A stretch of 64,000 bases of DNA from Dehalococcoidia bacterium. Its GTDB lineage: Bacteria; Chloroflexota; Dehalococcoidia; Dehalococcoidales; UBA3254. Within the stretch, counting starts at the first letter, position 1, and every line of letters begins with the position of its first letter. The position numbers were made by a program, and so were the translations under genes. Below the pieces are notes generated by a model. It did no database searches. It was not told the DNA's origin and saw only the letters and a list, made by a program, of their open reading frames with translations. Below, in pieces: positions 19,544 to 29,691 of this stretch. The stretch covers positions 38,699 through 102,698 of the forward strand of contig JANYAV010000015.1 of NCBI GenBank assembly GCA_025361145.1. The letters are read 5' to 3'.

Positions 19544-20690
19544 TACCCTCCTGGCTCAATCTATCTATATCCTCCTGGCTTAAACCCAGACGGTTGCGGT
19601 AGACTTCGTTATTATACTCTCCAGCAGTCGGTAATTGGGGGTTGACCTGCCAGGGCGAAGCGCTCATTTTAACCGGCGCCCCGGGGAATTTATATTCCTT
19701 ATTGCCTTCTTTTACCATTATGAAATAACCCCGTGCGTTTAATTGAACGTCCTCGACTACCTGCGGAATGGTATTAATCTTGCCCCAGGGGAAATGCATG
19801 GCCTGGCCGGTCTCGACCAGTTCATCTACTCCATGGCTCAAAGTCCATTTTTCCAGAACACTGACGATATGGTCGAGATTTTTACGTCTCTCCTCTTCAT
19901 CCAGATATTTCGGGTCCGCTAAATCCCCAACCATCTTTTCTGAATCCAGCCATTCGACCAGAGTTTCCCACTGGTGAAATAAGGAAAGTAGAATATGTCC
20001 GTCCCGGCAGGGAAAAACCTGCATAGAGCGGTTCCAGTTGAAAGCGCCTGTCCTCTCCGCCGTTTTCCCCAGGTACTTTTGCTGCACCAGGGCGTGGTCC
20101 AGGGCATCGGCGGTGCACTCATGTATCGAGATGTCCAAGTTCTGGCCCTTGCCACTGGTGTGTCTCTGTCTGACGGCCAGCAGGATTTCGGCGACTGCGT
20201 TCAGGCAAGCCAATGAGGAAGCCAGAGGGACAGGAGGCTGCAGTGGAGGTCGTCCGGGTTCGCCGTTAAGATAGACCTGCCCGCCCATGGCGGCGGAAAC
20301 CAGTTCAGAAGATTTAAATTGACTATAAGGGCCGCTCTGCCCAAAAACGCTGATAGACGCCATGATCAAACAGGGGTTCTGCTGACTTAAACGGTCGAAA
20401 CCCAGTCCCAAGCCAGACAAATAGCCGGGCTTAAAGTCCGCAATCAGCACATCGATCTTGGCGATCAAACGCAAAAAGAGATCCTTGCCCGCGAGAGAGG
20501 TATAGTCCAGGCTGCCCGCATGTTTGCCGCGGTCGGCGTAGCAATCAGCTATCGGCTGGCCGGGTTTTTGGAGGCCTATGACTTCAGCCCCCATGTCTGC
20601 CAGGATTTTCCCGCAAAGCAGGCCTTGAGTTTCAGTAAGATCCAGGATATGAAGGCCATCTAACATAGCTGCCGTTTTCAATCTCTCCAA
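19536..20690 (-). CDS. Family III CoA-transferase (CaiB/BaiF)
   Basis: GLHILDLTETQGLLCGKILADMGAEVI N-terminus, 384 aa. Confidence 0.85.
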   Translation of the reverse strand: MERLKTAAMLDGLHILDLTETQGLLCGKILADMGAEVIGLQKPGQPIADCYADRGKHAGSLDYTSLAGKDLFLRLIAKIDVLIADFKPGYLSGLGLGFDRLSQQNPCLIMASISVFGQSGPYSQFKSSELVSAAMGGQVYLNGEPGRPPLQPPVPLASSLACLNAVAEILLAVRQRHTSGKGQNLDISIHECTADALDHALVQQKYLGKTAERTGAFNWNRSMQVFPCRDGHILLSLFHQWETLVEWLDSEKMVGDLADPKYLDEEERRKNLDHIVSVLEKWTLSHGVDELVETGQAMHFPWGKINTIPQVVEDVQLNARGYFIMVKEGNKEYKFPGAPVKMSASPWQVNPQLPTAGEYNNEVYRNRLGLSQEDIDRLSQEGII

Positions 20691-21223
20691 GTCATCCGAT
20701 AGTTTTCAGTCGCGGTCTGTAACGCCGACAGGACAGCTGTCTTATCCAGACTGCTATCTCTGAAGGCTGTCATCAAAGGGACTGCTTTCTCAGCTAATCT
20801 GGGGGCTGTGGGGGCTAGTGAGGGACTATCGAACAGCCCCGTTTTTCGGCTGCCTTGCCGTTCTGCAGCCAGCAGGCTTTCGAGAAAGACGTCCCCGATG
20901 ATCTTGACCTCTTCCTGGTATACCTCGAATTTCTGACAGTAGTGCATCCGGCACAACAAAGGCCGCAAATTATAAGCGGGGCAAAACCCCAGGCCCGGAT
21001 CGTATAACTCGCAGTGTATCAGGGCGCAGCAGCGGTCGCCACATCCTGCGCAGATTCCTTTAGCCTGATCATATTGTCTTAATTGAGCCAGCATTTGGAG
21101 TAATTCAGGGCTGAAAAGGGTCTCTATTTCGGCATCAGATACGAGAGGAAGTCTGATCAGGCGATCATAACCGCTTAAAAAGCGGTCAACCTCGCCTTTG
21201 ATTCCAGGATATCCTCCGCTCAA
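20678..21223 (-). CDS. YkgJ-family cysteine-cluster protein
   Basis: CAGCGDRCCALIHCELY...CPAYNLRPLLCRMHYC. TTG start. Overlaps the CoA-transferase by 13 nt. Confidence 0.7.
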   Translation of the reverse strand: MSGGYPGIKGEVDRFLSGYDRLIRLPLVSDAEIETLFSPELLQMLAQLRQYDQAKGICAGCGDRCCALIHCELYDPGLGFCPAYNLRPLLCRMHYCQKFEVYQEEVKIIGDVFLESLLAAERQGSRKTGLFDSPSLAPTAPRLAEKAVPLMTAFRDSSLDKTAVLSALQTATENYRMTWRD

Positions 21224-21297
21224 CTTCAGCCCTCACAACACCCACCCGGGATATTTTTACACAGGCATGAGATTTAAAAGCCGATTAAGGAAAGGTC

Positions 21298-22989
21298 TTA
21301 TTCCTGTTGTTTTTGTATCTTGGCCCAATCATCCCGTAAAGACACCGTCCGGTTAAAGACGAGTTTTTTCGCAGTAGTATCGGGATCAACACAGAAGTAG
21401 CCTATCCGCTCGAATTGATATCGGCTACCAGGGGCAGCTCCGGCAAGAAAGGGTTCTATCCGGCAGGAGGTTAAGACCTCAAGCGAATTTCGGTTGATAT
21501 TAGACAGGAAATCAGCCCCCTCTGCCACGTCGTTGGGGTTTTCTTTGGTGAAAAGGTTGTCATACAAACGTACCTCGGCTTGCAGTGAGTGCGCGGCTGA
21601 AACCCAGTGGATAGTTGATTTCACTTTGCGGTGGTCTGGGGCATCGCCGCCGCGTGTCGCCGGGTCATAGGTACAATGTACTTCAGTTACCTCGCCGGTT
21701 TGTTGATCTTTTGTGACCCCTGTACAGGTAATCAAATAAGCGTACTTAATCCTGATTTCGCGGCCTGGCGCCAGGCGGAAGTACTTGGGCGGCGGCACTT
21801 CGCGGAAATCGTCCTGTTCAATATAAAGAACCCGGGAAAACGGCACTTTGCGTGTTCCCGAGGTAGGATCTTCTGGATTATTTTGCGCGTCAAACTCTTC
21901 AACCTGATCTTCAGGGTAGTTGTCAATGATCAACCGCAGCGGACGCATCACGCCCATGACCCTCGGTGAGTGTTTATTCAGTTCCTCGCGGACACAATGC
22001 TCCAGCATGGCAAAGTCTGCGGTGCTATTAGTCTTAGCCACCCCCATTATCTTACAGACGTTGAGAAGAGCCTCAGGGGGATAACCGCGCCGGCGTACTC
22101 CCGACAGGGTGGGTAAGCGCGGGTCATCGTATCCGCGCACAATGCCTTCCTCTATCATCCGCCTGAAAAAGCGCTTGCTCATGACGGTATAGGTGAAATT
22201 AAGCCTGGCAAATTCGATTTGCTGCGGATGATAGACTCCGAGAGCATCCAGGAACCAGTCATATAGTGGACGGTGGTCTTCAAATTCCAGCGTACAAAGA
22301 GAATGGGTAACTCCCTCGATGGAGTCCTCCAGGCCGTGAGCCCAGTCATACATTGGGTAGATACACCAGGCATCCCCCGTATGCGGGTGAGAAGCGTGCA
22401 GAATACGGTACATGACCGGGTCACGCAGGTTTATATTGGGGGAAGCCATATCGATCTTTGCCCGTAAAACCCGCAGGCCATCCGGGAATTCCCCGGCGCG
22501 CATTCGTTTGAACAAATCCAGGTTTTCCGCCACCGGGCGATCCCGGTAAGGGCTGGGTTTACCAGGCTGAGTCAGGGTACCGCGGTATTCCCTGATCTGT
22601 TCCGCGGTCAAATCATCAACGTAGGCTTTGCCCGCTTCAATCAGCTGTAAGGCAAATTGATACATTTGCTCGAAATAGCTTGAAGCGTAATACAAACGGT
22701 CTTCCCAATCAAATCCCAACCAGCGGATGTCCCGGATAATAGCATCGATGTATTCCTGTTCTTCCTTGACCGGGTTGGTATCATCGAAACGCAGGTTGCA
22801 CTTCCCTCCGAATTCTGCGGCGATACCGAAATCAATCCAGATAGCCCTGGCGTGGCCGATATGTAAATAACCGTTAGGCTCTGGCGGAAAACGTGTCTGC
22901 ACCCGTCCGTTGTTTTTATTCTTCGCCAGATCCTGGCGGACAATGTCCCGGATAAAATCGCCTGACGTTGTTGAGTTGGTTCCGTCCAT
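21298..22989 (-). CDS. glnS: Glutamine--tRNA ligase
   Basis: [12 protein letters not shown] (HIGH) and VMSKR (KMSKS), 563 aa. Confidence 0.95.
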   Translation of the reverse strand: MDGTNSTTSGDFIRDIVRQDLAKNKNNGRVQTRFPPEPNGYLHIGHARAIWIDFGIAAEFGGKCNLRFDDTNPVKEEQEYIDAIIRDIRWLGFDWEDRLYYASSYFEQMYQFALQLIEAGKAYVDDLTAEQIREYRGTLTQPGKPSPYRDRPVAENLDLFKRMRAGEFPDGLRVLRAKIDMASPNINLRDPVMYRILHASHPHTGDAWCIYPMYDWAHGLEDSIEGVTHSLCTLEFEDHRPLYDWFLDALGVYHPQQIEFARLNFTYTVMSKRFFRRMIEEGIVRGYDDPRLPTLSGVRRRGYPPEALLNVCKIMGVAKTNSTADFAMLEHCVREELNKHSPRVMGVMRPLRLIIDNYPEDQVEEFDAQNNPEDPTSGTRKVPFSRVLYIEQDDFREVPPPKYFRLAPGREIRIKYAYLITCTGVTKDQQTGEVTEVHCTYDPATRGGDAPDHRKVKSTIHWVSAAHSLQAEVRLYDNLFTKENPNDVAEGADFLSNINRNSLEVLTSCRIEPFLAGAAPGSRYQFERIGYFCVDPDTTAKKLVFNRTVSLRDDWAKIQKQQE

Positions 22990-23027
22990 ATTATTTTCCC
23001 TCTATTCCCTTTTTCTCTTCCGCCGGG

Positions 23028-24497
23028 CTAGTTGCCGGCGAGTTTGGTCAGCGCGGCAATGATTCTTTTCAGGCATCTTTCTTTACCCAGGACCGCCATC
23101 GTTTCAAAGAGCGGTGGGGCGGCATCACGCGCGGTTGTAGCTACTCGCAGTGGATTAAAAAGCTCTCCCGTTTTTATCCCCAGATCATCTGCGAGATGGC
23201 GGAGAGTGTCTTCTAAAGAAGCAGTATTAAAGCTTGCCAATGAAGATAATTTATTTTCCGCGCCTTTTAAAGCTTTTAAGGTGGTTTCCTCGGTCATCTT
23301 CTTACCAATAAGTTTCGCTGAATCATATTCCAGCTGATCTAAGAAGAAGAAATCAGCGTAAGCAGCCGCGTCTTTCAGTGTGATTATTCTCTCGCGTATC
23401 AGGGGCACAAGTTGGCGCACATAGTTAATGTCTAGAGGTCGTTTGATTTCAGCCGGTAAATCTTTTTCCATGAAAGGCAGTAGCCTGTCCGTCAAATCTT
23501 CAACCGGTAAGGTGCGAATGTACATGCCATTCAGCCAGTCCAGTTTGTCCTTATTGAAAATGCCGGCAGTGCGGCTGACCCGCTCCAATGAGAAGATATC
23601 AATCAATTGTTGCCGGTTGAAAATCTCGTTCTTATCATCCAGCGACCAACCCAGCAGTGCCAGAAAATTGAGCATGGTCTCCTGCAAGTACCCCTGGTCT
23701 CTGTATTCGGTCAGGGTGGCGGCGCCGTGGCGTTTGCTAAGCTTGCTGCGGTCCGGTCCCAGAATAAGGGGCATATGGGCGAATTGAGGAGCCTCGAATT
23801 TCAAAGCAGCGTAAAGCATAACGTGCTTGGGTGTGCTGGAAAGCCATTCCTCCGCTCTCAGGACATGCGAAATCTCCATCAGGTGGTCGTCAATCACATT
23901 AGCTAGATGGTAAACCGGGAAACCGTCAGTTTTTAACAAGACATAATCATCGATACCGCTGTTTTCAAAGGCGACCTCTCCGCGCAGCATATCCTGAAAC
24001 ACTGTCCGTCCGGTGAGAGGGGTCTTGAAACGGATGATTGAGGGCGCGCCGGAGGCCTCCAATTTATTTCTCTCGTCCGTGCTCAGGTCGCGGCAGTGTC
24101 GGTCATAACCCAGCGGCAGTTTGGCAGCGGTTTGGGCTGCCCGCATATTGTCCAGACGCTCGGAGGTGCAAAAACAGCGGTAAGCGAAGCCGGCTGCGAT
24201 GAGCTGTTCAGCCAGTTTTTGATAGATAGGGAGGCGCTGAGATTGCATATAGGGGCCGTAAGGGCCGCCTACTTCAGGCCCTTCATCCCAATCCAGTCCC
24301 AGCCAGCGCAGGCTGCCTATAATCGCTTCCAGCGATCCTGGCACAGTGCGGGCGGTATCGGTATCTTCGATACGTACGATAAATTTGCCGCCGGTATGCC
24401 TGGCAAACAGCCAGTTAAAAAGAGCGGTGCGGATATTGCCCACATGGGGGAAACCCGTGGGGCTGGGCGCGTAACGTACTCTAACCGGTTTGTCCAT
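23028..24497 (-). CDS. gltX: Glutamate--tRNA ligase
   Basis: RYAPSPTGFPHVGNIRTALFNW, KLSKRHG. Confidence 0.95.
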   Translation of the reverse strand: MDKPVRVRYAPSPTGFPHVGNIRTALFNWLFARHTGGKFIVRIEDTDTARTVPGSLEAIIGSLRWLGLDWDEGPEVGGPYGPYMQSQRLPIYQKLAEQLIAAGFAYRCFCTSERLDNMRAAQTAAKLPLGYDRHCRDLSTDERNKLEASGAPSIIRFKTPLTGRTVFQDMLRGEVAFENSGIDDYVLLKTDGFPVYHLANVIDDHLMEISHVLRAEEWLSSTPKHVMLYAALKFEAPQFAHMPLILGPDRSKLSKRHGAATLTEYRDQGYLQETMLNFLALLGWSLDDKNEIFNRQQLIDIFSLERVSRTAGIFNKDKLDWLNGMYIRTLPVEDLTDRLLPFMEKDLPAEIKRPLDINYVRQLVPLIRERIITLKDAAAYADFFFLDQLEYDSAKLIGKKMTEETTLKALKGAENKLSSLASFNTASLEDTLRHLADDLGIKTGELFNPLRVATTARDAAPPLFETMAVLGKERCLKRIIAALTKLAGN

Positions 24498-24753
24498 TTT
24501 CAGTCCTTTCCCAGTGCTTAAATATTAAGTCTATTATCTCACTTCCGGGAGTAGAGGGAAAGTTAAGAGTTATTATTTTTTAAACATTCGTCAATGGTTT
24601 GGTTAACAACAAGGTCATCCATCAGAATCCAGATTTATATCGAAGCTTTTACGTAGTTTTTCACGCTACGTTTAAGATCGCCCTTTGGATACCTTGAAGG
24701 CGATTATGATTAAATATAGAATAAAAGAATAGACAATAAGAAAGAGGTACGAA

Positions 24754-25206
24754 ATGGTAGATAAAGTCGATCAAGAGATGTTAGAGTCAATCTCGTTTCA
24801 TATTATTAGACCCGAAGACCTGAATCATCATGGCACTATGTTCGCTGCGCAATTATCCAAATGGATGATTGAGGGGGCCCTTATCGCTGCCTGCAGACTG
24901 GTCGGCAAACCTGAGGACGTGGTCTGTGTCCAGGTGGATAAGCTTACCTTTAGAAAACCACTCCGTAATGGTGACTTTATTGGAATCAAGTCCAAAGTAG
25001 CCCATCTTGGTTCCTCGAGCATCACTATTTATACTGAGGTGGGCAGAAGACAGGATGCCGATCCCGTGGTTACCAACCTGGCTATCTTTGTTACTATCGA
25101 TAAGCAAAACAAAACTTATCCGCATGGTTTAAAATTAAGTGAAGAATATATCGCTAACAACCGGGCAATTTACGAAGCGGCACTTAAAATCCAGGGGAAA
25201 AAGTAA
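24754..25206 (+). CDS. Acyl-CoA thioesterase (hotdog fold)
   Basis: LNHHGTMFAAQLSKWMIEGA pattern, 150 aa. Confidence 0.7.
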   Translation: MVDKVDQEMLESISFHIIRPEDLNHHGTMFAAQLSKWMIEGALIAACRLVGKPEDVVCVQVDKLTFRKPLRNGDFIGIKSKVAHLGSSSITIYTEVGRRQDADPVVTNLAIFVTIDKQNKTYPHGLKLSEEYIANNRAIYEAALKIQGKK

Positions 25207-25211
25207 CTTAG

Positions 25212-25266
25212 TCCTGAAGAGAACAGGGCATGGGATTGGGTCTTGTATGGCCTATCCCTTATATTG
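25212..25266 (+). repeat. Degenerate copy (G) of the CAGGG/G-tract intergenic element
   Basis: tcctgaagagaaCAGGGcatGGGattGGGtcttgtat ggcctat cccttat, directly after the thioesterase stop. Confidence 0.3.
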
Positions 25267-25270
25267 CGGT

Positions 25271-25927
25271 TTATCTTTTATGAGCGGAGATGCACCACTC
25301 TTTGGTTTTATCCACGTAGGCCAGGACTTCTTCATCCGTCCTGAATTTAACTGAATCGTCCCAATGGATAAGCTCTTCTTGAGTTCTGATCACTGTCTTG
25401 GGTACAGGTGGGTTGGCCTCATATCCTACGGCTAGCATATCGTAAATGGTCAATGCTTCAGGTATATGCAGGAGTTCCTTTATTTTGCTTTGGGATTCAG
25501 GGGATGAAGAACGCGTAACCCAACATGACGCCAACCCCAGGGTGGAGGCCGCGAGGTTTAAATAGAGAAAAGCACTGGCTAAACTGGAGCAAACGATACT
25601 TTCCATTTGTTTTTCTTGTGCTTGAATCAGAGAGGGCAAACCAACCTTGGTACGTCCATCGCAGAGTAATAAAATAAAAACCGAGGCATCGCTTATACCT
25701 CCGGTCTTTGGCCGCTTGACGGCCTCTACGATTTTGTCTTTTAAGTCTTTTTTCCTGACCACCACAAATTCCCATGGCTGAGTATGAAAGCCAGAGGGAG
25801 CCCAGCGAGCAGCCTCAATCATTTTAAGAAGTAGTTCATCCGGAACTGGATCGGGTTTAAAAAAACGGACGCTGCGTCGGTTTTTCACAATCTCTAACAG
25901 GGTGTCATACTGATTCAGATTGTTCAT
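25271..25927 (-). CDS. Nitroreductase family protein
   Basis: RRSVRFFKPDPVP...AARWAPSGFHTQPW. Confidence 0.8.
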   Translation of the reverse strand: MNNLNQYDTLLEIVKNRRSVRFFKPDPVPDELLLKMIEAARWAPSGFHTQPWEFVVVRKKDLKDKIVEAVKRPKTGGISDASVFILLLCDGRTKVGLPSLIQAQEKQMESIVCSSLASAFLYLNLAASTLGLASCWVTRSSSPESQSKIKELLHIPEALTIYDMLAVGYEANPPVPKTVIRTQEELIHWDDSVKFRTDEEVLAYVDKTKEWCISAHKR

Positions 25928-25960
25928 CGCTGACCTCCGGTGAATTAGTGCTTTGCTACT

Positions 25961-26914
25961 TCAACGCTTTAATTTTTCCAATACCCGTGTCAGGTCTTCA
26001 GGCAGAGGAGATACGAAGTGGCGGCGCTCGCCGCTGGAGGGTAAATTGAATTCTAGCTCCGCTGCATGCAGGAACTGGTGTGAGAGAAGTTCCGATTGCC
26101 CGCCGTAAACCGCGTCACCGACTATCGGAAACCCAATGGCAGCCAGATGGACACGGATTTGATGGGTGCGCCCGGTCTTAGGTCGGATCTCCAGGAGGGT
26201 AAAATCGCCCAGGTATTCAATGACCTTGTAGGCGGTCATCGACGGCCGTCCGTTGCTCACCACGGCCATACGCTGGCGGTGGTGAGGGTCTCTACCGATA
26301 TCGGCGTCAATCGACCCCGAATCGGGAGTTAAATATCCTTTGACCAGTGTAATGTAGACTTTGATGACCTGCCGATTGGTAAATTGGTCGGAAAGCTTCA
26401 TATGTGCAATGGGATTTTTAGCCACGATGATGAGACCAGAGGTGTTCTTGTCCAGGCGGTGCACTATGCCCGGCCTTTCGGGATCTTCGGTATCCATCTC
26501 TGGCACATGAGCCAGGACGGCGTTGGCCAGGGTATGATCATGATTCCCTGCACCCGGATGAACGGTCATGCCGGCCGGTTTATCCACTACCAGGAGGTCA
26601 TTATCTTCATACACGATGTTCAGAGGTATATCCTCTGCTAACATGGCGGTGGGAGCTGAAGCTGGAATAACTACTTTTATTTTTTGTCCTTTTTCTACTT
26701 TAAATCCGGATTTGACGGTTTCCCCGTTTACCGTAATATGCCCGCTCTCGATCAATTTCTGAATTCGCGTGCGGGAGATGTCCGGGCAAGCCTGAGCCAC
26801 GAATTTATCCAGGCGAGTGCCAACCCGGTCTACTGGTAGATCAAAAGTCTTTTCTTCGGTCATATTTCGATTATACTCCGTTATCATTGTCTTGTTGGAA
26901 AGGGCCGATCGCAT
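25961..26914 (-). CDS. rluD: RluA-family 23S rRNA pseudouridine synthase (RluD-like)
   Basis: S4 domain plus HRLDKNTSGLI catalytic motif. The start may be the internal MTEEKTF. Confidence 0.9.
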   Translation of the reverse strand: MRSALSNKTMITEYNRNMTEEKTFDLPVDRVGTRLDKFVAQACPDISRTRIQKLIESGHITVNGETVKSGFKVEKGQKIKVVIPASAPTAMLAEDIPLNIVYEDNDLLVVDKPAGMTVHPGAGNHDHTLANAVLAHVPEMDTEDPERPGIVHRLDKNTSGLIIVAKNPIAHMKLSDQFTNRQVIKVYITLVKGYLTPDSGSIDADIGRDPHHRQRMAVVSNGRPSMTAYKVIEYLGDFTLLEIRPKTGRTHQIRVHLAAIGFPIVGDAVYGGQSELLSHQFLHAAELEFNLPSSGERRHFVSPLPEDLTRVLEKLKR

Positions 26915-26934
26915 GGTCGGGGGATAGATCAGGG

Positions 26935-27435
26935 TTATTTCTCATGGCTGGTTTTGAGGGACACCCGCAGGACGGTTAAAGCGAACATGATCACACCGAC
27001 CACAATGGCAGAATCGGCGATATTAAATACGGGCCAGGGTCCTGCGGAAATGAAGTCACGCACGTAATGCAGTGTGAAACGATCAATAAGGTTACCCACG
27101 GTGCCAGACAGGATGAAACCCAGTGCTACTTTGTTCCAGCGGGTCTGGAAATCGGGGAAATAACGCTCCAGTAAGAAATTATAAACCAGTATCAGAAGAG
27201 TGCCCGATATGGATACATAGGTCAAGATGGCTGCCTTGCCGTAAAATATACTAAAGGCAGCTCCAGTGTTTTGCGCGTAGACAATACGGAAAAAGCCGGT
27301 TTCCGGCACAGATTGACCTGGAACCATATGGTTTTGTAGCCAGGTCTTGGTTACCTGATCCAGGACAATCACTATCGCGGCTACCAGCAGGAAGATGATA
27401 TTCCATTTGAGGTTATAGTATGGGCGTTTTGGCAT
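26935..27435 (-). CDS. lspA: Lipoprotein signal peptidase II
   Basis: NTGAAFS and FNIADS motifs. Confidence 0.9.
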   Translation of the reverse strand: MPKRPYYNLKWNIIFLLVAAIVIVLDQVTKTWLQNHMVPGQSVPETGFFRIVYAQNTGAAFSIFYGKAAILTYVSISGTLLILVYNFLLERYFPDFQTRWNKVALGFILSGTVGNLIDRFTLHYVRDFISAGPWPVFNIADSAIVVGVIMFALTVLRVSLKTSHEK

Positions 27436-27784
27436 TCTTCAACTTTTGACGGCAATCCATGCATAAAATAGCCTGGGGCAGAGCTTCCATGCGGGCAGGA
27501 TCGATGGGGGTATTGCACATATCACAGATACCATAAGTCCCGCTATCCAGCTTCTGAAGCGCTTTTTCCACTTCAGTTAACATTAACTGCAAGCGGTTTT
27601 CCAGTGTCAGGCGTTTTTCCAACTCCATAGATTCTGTAGCCTCTTCTTCACGTTTGCCAAAGGGGCTGCCCTCGCGGCGGTCTTCCATTGATTGAGAACT
27701 TTTTGATATGGCCAGTTCTTCCGCGATGCGTTTTTTTTCTGCTTCCAGATGGGCTCTAATTTGTTTGGCTTTTATGGTAGCCAC
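27413..27784 (-). CDS. DksA/TraR-family C4 zinc-finger protein
   Basis: YGICDMCNTPIDPARMEALPQAILCMDC. Confidence 0.8.
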   Translation of the reverse strand: MATIKAKQIRAHLEAEKKRIAEELAISKSSQSMEDRREGSPFGKREEEATESMELEKRLTLENRLQLMLTEVEKALQKLDSGTYGICDMCNTPIDPARMEALPQAILCMDCRQKLKNAKTPIL

Positions 27785-27900
27785 AGCTTATACCTCCGCT
27801 CCTCCACTATGTTGATTATAAGTCCTAACAGGTACCCTTGTATATATCAGCTAGTAATTCTCACAAATATCAAATTCTTCAAGGGACAGCCGGCTAGATT

Positions 27901-28704
27901 TTACTCCAGCATTTTCCGTATCTGCCTAACGGTAGCTATCGACTGGCCTTTCCAGTGGTTATTGGCAAACACAAAAGTTTTTTCAGTAACGGCGGCCAAT
28001 TTCTTTATTTTTGGCAGCCATTCGGCCAATTCCTCTGGTTTATAGGTATAATCGTAACGTTCATAGGGTTGGTCGTTCTGCCACCACTTATCTTTGTTTC
28101 TGCCGTGAAATCGCACATAACCTATTTTGCTGGTGGCCTCCGCTAGCGGAGGCAGGAGATTGGGCAGTTGCGGTTCATCTACGCAGCAAAAACCTAAATC
28201 CTGTTGCCTCATCCACTGGAAGACATCCACCTTTAACCAGCGGGCATTGCGAAACTCAATTACTACCGGCAACCCTGCCAAATTATCTCTAAGTGTTCCC
28301 AGATACTGCCAGTTCTGACGGTTAAAATCGAAACTATAAGGGAATTGGGCTAAAATACATCCCAGTTTTCCCGCGATTATTATAGGTTCTATAGCGGCCC
28401 GGAAAGACTGGCAGATAGCTGCACTGTCTTCCCGTTGATGGGTCATTTCCTGGTTCGCTTTCACGGCAAATAAAAAATCATCTCTGGTTTTAGCCGCCAT
28501 GGCCTGAAAAACGGCTGGGCCGGGAATAGCATAATAGGTCGAATTTATCTCACAAGTATTAAATTCCCGGGCATAATAGGATAACCAGTCTTTTTGCGGC
28601 AACCCGACCGGATAGAACACTTCCAGCCAATCTTTATAACTGAAACCTGAAGTGCCTATACATATCATTGGCGTAAATTTACCACAAATCGATGCAATAC
28701 ACAA
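27901..28704 (-). CDS. DUF72 (YecE-like) protein
   Basis: IGTSGFSYKDW...EFRNARW. Confidence 0.85.
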   Translation of the reverse strand: MCIASICGKFTPMICIGTSGFSYKDWLEVFYPVGLPQKDWLSYYAREFNTCEINSTYYAIPGPAVFQAMAAKTRDDFLFAVKANQEMTHQREDSAAICQSFRAAIEPIIIAGKLGCILAQFPYSFDFNRQNWQYLGTLRDNLAGLPVVIEFRNARWLKVDVFQWMRQQDLGFCCVDEPQLPNLLPPLAEATSKIGYVRFHGRNKDKWWQNDQPYERYDYTYKPEELAEWLPKIKKLAAVTEKTFVFANNHWKGQSIATVRQIRKMLE

Positions 28705-28841
28705 CTATTATCTTAATTGATTATCCTTTAAATCAATCATACCTTAATAAAATATCATGAATGCGCAGCAGGGTTGTCTTCATTTGTCCTGCCACCCTCA
28801 ATAGAATATAATGTTAATTCGAAACAAGGGGCTCTGAAGGA

Positions 28842-29684
28842 ATGGAGATGGGTATCAGGCTTATTACATTAAGTGAAAACACAGCCTGGCAAACCGGAGT
28901 TCTGGCTGAGTGGGGACTGAGCGTCCTGATAGAAAAGGACGAACACAGCATTTTGTTCGATACAGGAGAATCTATTTCAGCTGTCAAAAATGCTAAAATC
29001 CTGGGCATTGACATGGCAAAAATAGATACCATCGTTCTCAGCCATGGTCATTTCGATCACACCGGAGGGTTACTGTCCCTCTTAGCCTACATCGGTCACG
29101 AGGTCACGATAATCGCTCATCCGGATATCTGGGCCCCTAAATACAGCCGCAAAGCGGGCCACGCTGAGCAATACATTGGCATTCCTTACGCCCGCGAGGA
29201 ATTGGAAGCCCTGGGGGCCAAATTTAATTTGGCAGTGGAACCGGTGAGAATTGATGAGGAGATCCTGACCACTGGTGAAGTGCCCATGCTCACCGATTTT
29301 GAGATTATCGATCCCTCCCTTCTGGTTAAAACAGAAGTAGGCTGGCAGCCTGATAGGCTGCTCGACGATCAGGCCCTCGTCATTAAAACTCCGCAAGGGC
29401 TGGTAGTCATCCCCGGCTGCTCGCACCGGGGATTGATCAATACCCTCTATCAGGCTAGAAAAATCACCGATATTGATAAAATTTATCTGGTGGTGGGTGG
29501 CGCACATCTGATCAATGCTGACGATGAGCAAATCTGGCAGACTATCTCCGCACTCAATGAGATGGGTGTTTCTAAACTGGCCACCTGCCATTGCACCGGG
29601 ACGCGGGCCAATATTCTACTATCTCAGACCTTCGGCAAGAGCTTTATCTTAAACAGCACAGGGACTATAATTGATCTGAGTTAA
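28842..29684 (+). CDS. MBL-fold metallo-hydrolase
   Basis: LSHGHFDHTGG motif. Confidence 0.8.
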   Translation: MEMGIRLITLSENTAWQTGVLAEWGLSVLIEKDEHSILFDTGESISAVKNAKILGIDMAKIDTIVLSHGHFDHTGGLLSLLAYIGHEVTIIAHPDIWAPKYSRKAGHAEQYIGIPYAREELEALGAKFNLAVEPVRIDEEILTTGEVPMLTDFEIIDPSLLVKTEVGWQPDRLLDDQALVIKTPQGLVVIPGCSHRGLINTLYQARKITDIDKIYLVVGGAHLINADDEQIWQTISALNEMGVSKLATCHCTGTRANILLSQTFGKSFILNSTGTIIDLS

Positions 29685-29691
29685 GGAGATA

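Noticed and set aside
24498-24600. gltX leader considered as a T-box or other riboswitch (CTTTCCC...GGGAAAG long-range complement around the SD)
   Set aside because: No T-box sequence, specifier-loop or terminator/antiterminator arrangement is visible. The single 7-bp complement is too weak as evidence on its own.
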